A stretch of 63,454 nucleotides of DNA, filler included, from Octopus bimaculoides (Eukaryota): NCBI RefSeq assembly GCF_001194135.2. It is 4 parts of 3 records of this genome, joined end to end, with 100 filler letters (N's around TTAATTAATTAA, not from the genome) between each part and the next. Parts side by side here need not be neighbours in the genome. Positions count along the whole stretch, not along the records: positions 38,736 to 63,454 come from NC_068996.1; 3 more parts are not named here. One strand, written 5' to 3'. This document shows, piece by piece, positions 60,378 to 63,454 of this stretch. The notes beneath the pieces were generated by a model, which was not told the DNA's origin, did not search any database, and saw nothing but the letters and a program-made list of their open reading frames with translations. Numbering within the stretch: position 1 is the first letter of the stretch; each line of letters begins with the position of its first letter. A program made the translations under genes and the position numbers.

Positions 60378-61379
60378 ATGGAGTCGATGTGGTCGGAAGT
60401 TGAAACAGTGAAGAAGGAAAATCGCCATGAATTATCCCTTAAAGGGCAACAGATTAACTCAAGGATTATTAAAAATGGATTGGACCAAGGAATATATACT
60501 TTGGTTGGTTTAAATCACCTCGAAATATCAATGACCTGTTTAAATGAATTAGGTGCAGATATAGGAAATCTGTCAAACTTGACTAGTTTGATACTCTGTT
60601 CTAATAAATTAACAACAATTCCAGTTTCAGTAGGCAAATTAACCAAGCTGAAAGTTTTGGATATGTCTAATAACGAGATAATCAACATCCCGAATGAAAT
60701 AAATGGTTTAATTGGATTAGAGGTGCTGAATGTTAACAAAAACCAACTCGAAATATTTCCATCCATAGCAGCTCTCAAAAACCTTCACAAATTGAATATT
60801 TCGTATAATCGATTAAAATGCCTTCCTGATGGTATAACTGATCCTAGTTTGGTCCACTTAAGCCATGTCTTAGCTTCTAACAACCATATTGAAGAAATTC
60901 CTCCCGAATTGAATAACTTGTCTCATCTAAATGTCTTGGACTTATCTGAAAACCATTTAAACGACATTACTCCAGAATTATGTTTATGTGAACGCCTTAA
61001 AGAGCTGAATCTCAAAGGAAACCGAGTAAAAGATAGAAAACTGCTGAAATTACTCGAACAGTCAAATAAGAAGACGATTTTTGAGTTTCTTTCCACTGCT
61101 CTCAACAAACAGCAAAAGTCTGAAGAAGGACGTAGCTCTTCTGGCATTTCGAGGTCAGGAAAAGCTAGAAAAAAGAACCGTCAATCCAAAAAAGATACAT
61201 TAGAAAATGATGTTCCTAAAAGTGTTATTCATATTTTACATTTTCCCGAAGAAAACGGTGTGACAGTTCGAATCACATCAAATGCTGTAGCCATCCGACC
61301 ATATATTATCTGCTGTATAGTTAAAGATGTTAACTTGAAGAGAGAAAATACACTTTATAAGAAATTTATTCAGTTACAG
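60378..61379 (+). CDS. LRRC47: Leucine-rich repeat-containing protein 47, first coding exon (LRR domain plus start of the PheRS-beta B3/4-like domain)
   Basis: 334 codons. N-terminus MWSEVETVKKENRHELSLKG, multiple LxxLxLxxNxL repeats, LKELNLKGNRVKDRKLLKLL, basic linker, IRPYIICCIVKDVNL...KKFIQLQ, all matching the LRRC47 pattern. Donor CAG|GTAATC at 61380 (phase 0); later exons not found in the window. Confidence 0.9.
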
Positions 61380-62979
61380 GTAATCGAATATTTTATTATT
61401 TTTTTAAATAGTTAAGTGCTAAATATGTTTCTTCTCTACATTATTTACGAAAGTATCTACCAAACAATTGATTTTCTTTTTTATATTTGAGAAAAATTCA
61501 TAGCAGTGGATATGGTATTTCACTCTACTCGTTATATAAACATCCAAATCTTCCTTCAAACAAACGTCTACAAATTCAGGCGTTGGAAACCATCTGCCTT
61601 CTCATTTGTCAGTCATTATTTCACCGAATTTTTTCATTTATGAAATAAGGATTTCCTTATCAATTTTGTTGAAAATTATATGAAATAATTCTTAAAAATG
61701 AATGTTGCAGTGTTATTATTTATAATCTGTGTTGCACGGATAAAAATTAAGACAGAAGGGTGTTTATTCTGAAAACTAAAATTAATTAGTTTTGAGGATT
61801 AGCACTCAGCTTCAAAGTCAACCGAATGTTGACGAGAGAAAACATTTTAGGACGGTTTGATGTTAGAAGATATGCAAGTAGTTTTCTAATTATATCAAAA
61901 TGTCAAGTTTTACATTTTACACGTGCAAATTATGTGCATCTGATAATTTAATTAGGGTGTCATGGACCATTTACTATTTTTAAATGGGTCCTCCTAAATT
62001 ATTTGCAAAGATATACAGGGGAACTTTTATCTGGTTGCTCGACCTCAAGGAAATATCAAATTAAGCACATTTTACCGTCTTCATCTTTGAATGGGAGGAT
62101 GAATACCTTTGGGGCACACTTATGTGGCCGTTAGACAAGCTAAACAACATGTAAGTAAAATTTAGATTTTATCGTAATTTGTATCTTGACTGCTGAGCTT
62201 TCAAATTTTACGAAGGTAGACTGATCTGCATGCAGCCCAACAAATTTCAGACAGTCTGCTTAACAAGTCATAAGAATTTATCGACAGAACTCCAGTACAA
62301 AATGGAAGTGACTGAAAGCGTATTAACAACCGGCACATAGTGGCTGCTAAAATTAACTACTCTTTACTTCATTACTGCTTTGTCATATATTTTATAAGCA
62401 TTAAATACTGAAATTAAACTGATTTTATAGAGCAAATTCCATTCTGTATGTCACTTCCGTTTTGTACCGGTGTAACAATTTCTTCCATTCTGCTTACCTC
62501 CGGTAACTTGAAATCGCATTCAGATTACTGGGAAAGATGAAAGTAATTTGAAATCAATTTCATCCTGACCCTATTATTTCAGGTTCGCTCTTCCTCGAAC
62601 CCTTACCCCAAATATTCTTTACGGGTAACAAAGAATTCTTTATTCTCAAATAACTTCAGAAAATCTTGTGAGGTTTCTGTCAAGGGAGATAATAACCAAG
62701 CCCATTACTGTGTTTTCTGTGTGTGCGTATGTAAATACATGTTCGCATTTAAAGAGTATTGAAATATTTTGTTTTGAATGATAAATATATTTACTTGTTA
62801 ACTTGCTTATTAATGACCGAGAGAACTTGTAGTAATTATCCGAGAATATTAAACAAACAAGGAAGTTATCAGATGGTCGTGAGATGTGCTAAAAACAATG
62901 GCTAAATCGCCCTTGATTTTTTTCCATGGCACTCAAACAAAAGAATTCATTTATGTGAATATCTTTCTCTTCGAAAGTC

Positions 62980-63454
62980 CTTTCCCCCACACCCTCGGGA
63001 AAAAATATGGTTAATGTTTACAATATTACCCGGAAACGAAATAAAAATATTGTGGAACGAGTGTAAATGAATGTGTAGGAAACGAATATGAAAACAAAAA
63101 TGCGCAGAAAGCAACGGGGTGGGAGTGAGAAGACTTCGGAAAATTCATAAGATCCAAGTTTTTCCCTCATAATTTTAGGAAGAGAGTTTTTCTTTTTTTT
63201 TTTAATGGTATTTTATATAAATACCTTTCAAACGGCATACATTACGATTATAAAGAAATTTGTGGGTAAAACCACTTTCGAAGGGGTGGGGAGAGGACTT
63301 CGAAAAATTCACAAGATCCAATTTTTTCCCTTGTAACTTTAAGGAAAATGGATATCTTTTAATGAAATTGTGTGTGTACATATATATATATATATATATA
63401 CTCACACACACACACACACCTTTCAAACGGCATGCGTTACGGATACCTAATATT
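62980..63454. repeat. Tandem-unit repeat, inverted relative of 58869-59255
   Basis: AACGAATATG at 63081 (reverse complement of CATATTCGTT). GGGGTGGG...GACTTCG.AAAATTCA.AAGATCCAA occurs twice (63116, 63282) and TTTCAAACGGCAT twice. Confidence 0.6.

Noticed and set aside
62019-62152. Possible next LRRC47 exon (GNFYLVARPQGNIKL, followed by GTAAGT)
   Set aside because: All three frames contain stops, and the expected LH..LC..RT.AT.ATH segment is absent; the resemblance is probably chance.
62450-62505. ETS-like CACTTCCG and a minus-strand donor-like AG|GTAAGC
   Set aside because: Single short motifs; no ORF or transcript evidence for an antisense gene.
1-63454. CRISPR arrays, rRNA, operons or other prokaryotic systems
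   Set aside because: The sequence is intron-rich eukaryotic DNA; no repeat-spacer array or rRNA similarity seen.

Overview
AT-rich, microsatellite-dense animal genomic DNA with many N gaps. The repeat families suggest an octopod mollusc (Octopus-like); this is an inference. Three artificial N44-TTAATTAATTAA-N44 spacers (6072-6171, 18157-18256, 38636-38735) show the window is four joined scaffolds, so long-range linkage across them is uncertain. Host genes: (i) the first large coding exon of an LRRC47 orthologue (60378-61379, +); (ii) two in-phase coding exons (19302-19434, 33876-34010, +) of a gene I cannot name. Most other recognisable sequence is transposon debris: RTE LINEs (one family carries a PHD-type finger), an RTE-BovB-like fragment, an L1/Tx1-clade LINE, a CR1-like LINE, an R4/Dong 3' end in a (TAA)n array, a Penelope element split by an RTE, mariner, maT-like, hAT, piggyBac-like and Helentron-type DNA elements, and several tRNA-derived SINE families. 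The most interesting signal is a set of minimal type I hammerhead ribozyme motifs (24106-24148 canonical; 41146-41188 a covarying relative; 35533-35576 and its mirror 35196-35231; a variant at 498-533). Two of these loci sit in inverted-repeat architectures. One is a palindromic pair of tRNA-headed SINE arms with a hammerhead in each arm, a candidate Pol III-driven, Penelope-mobilised ribozyme retroelement.
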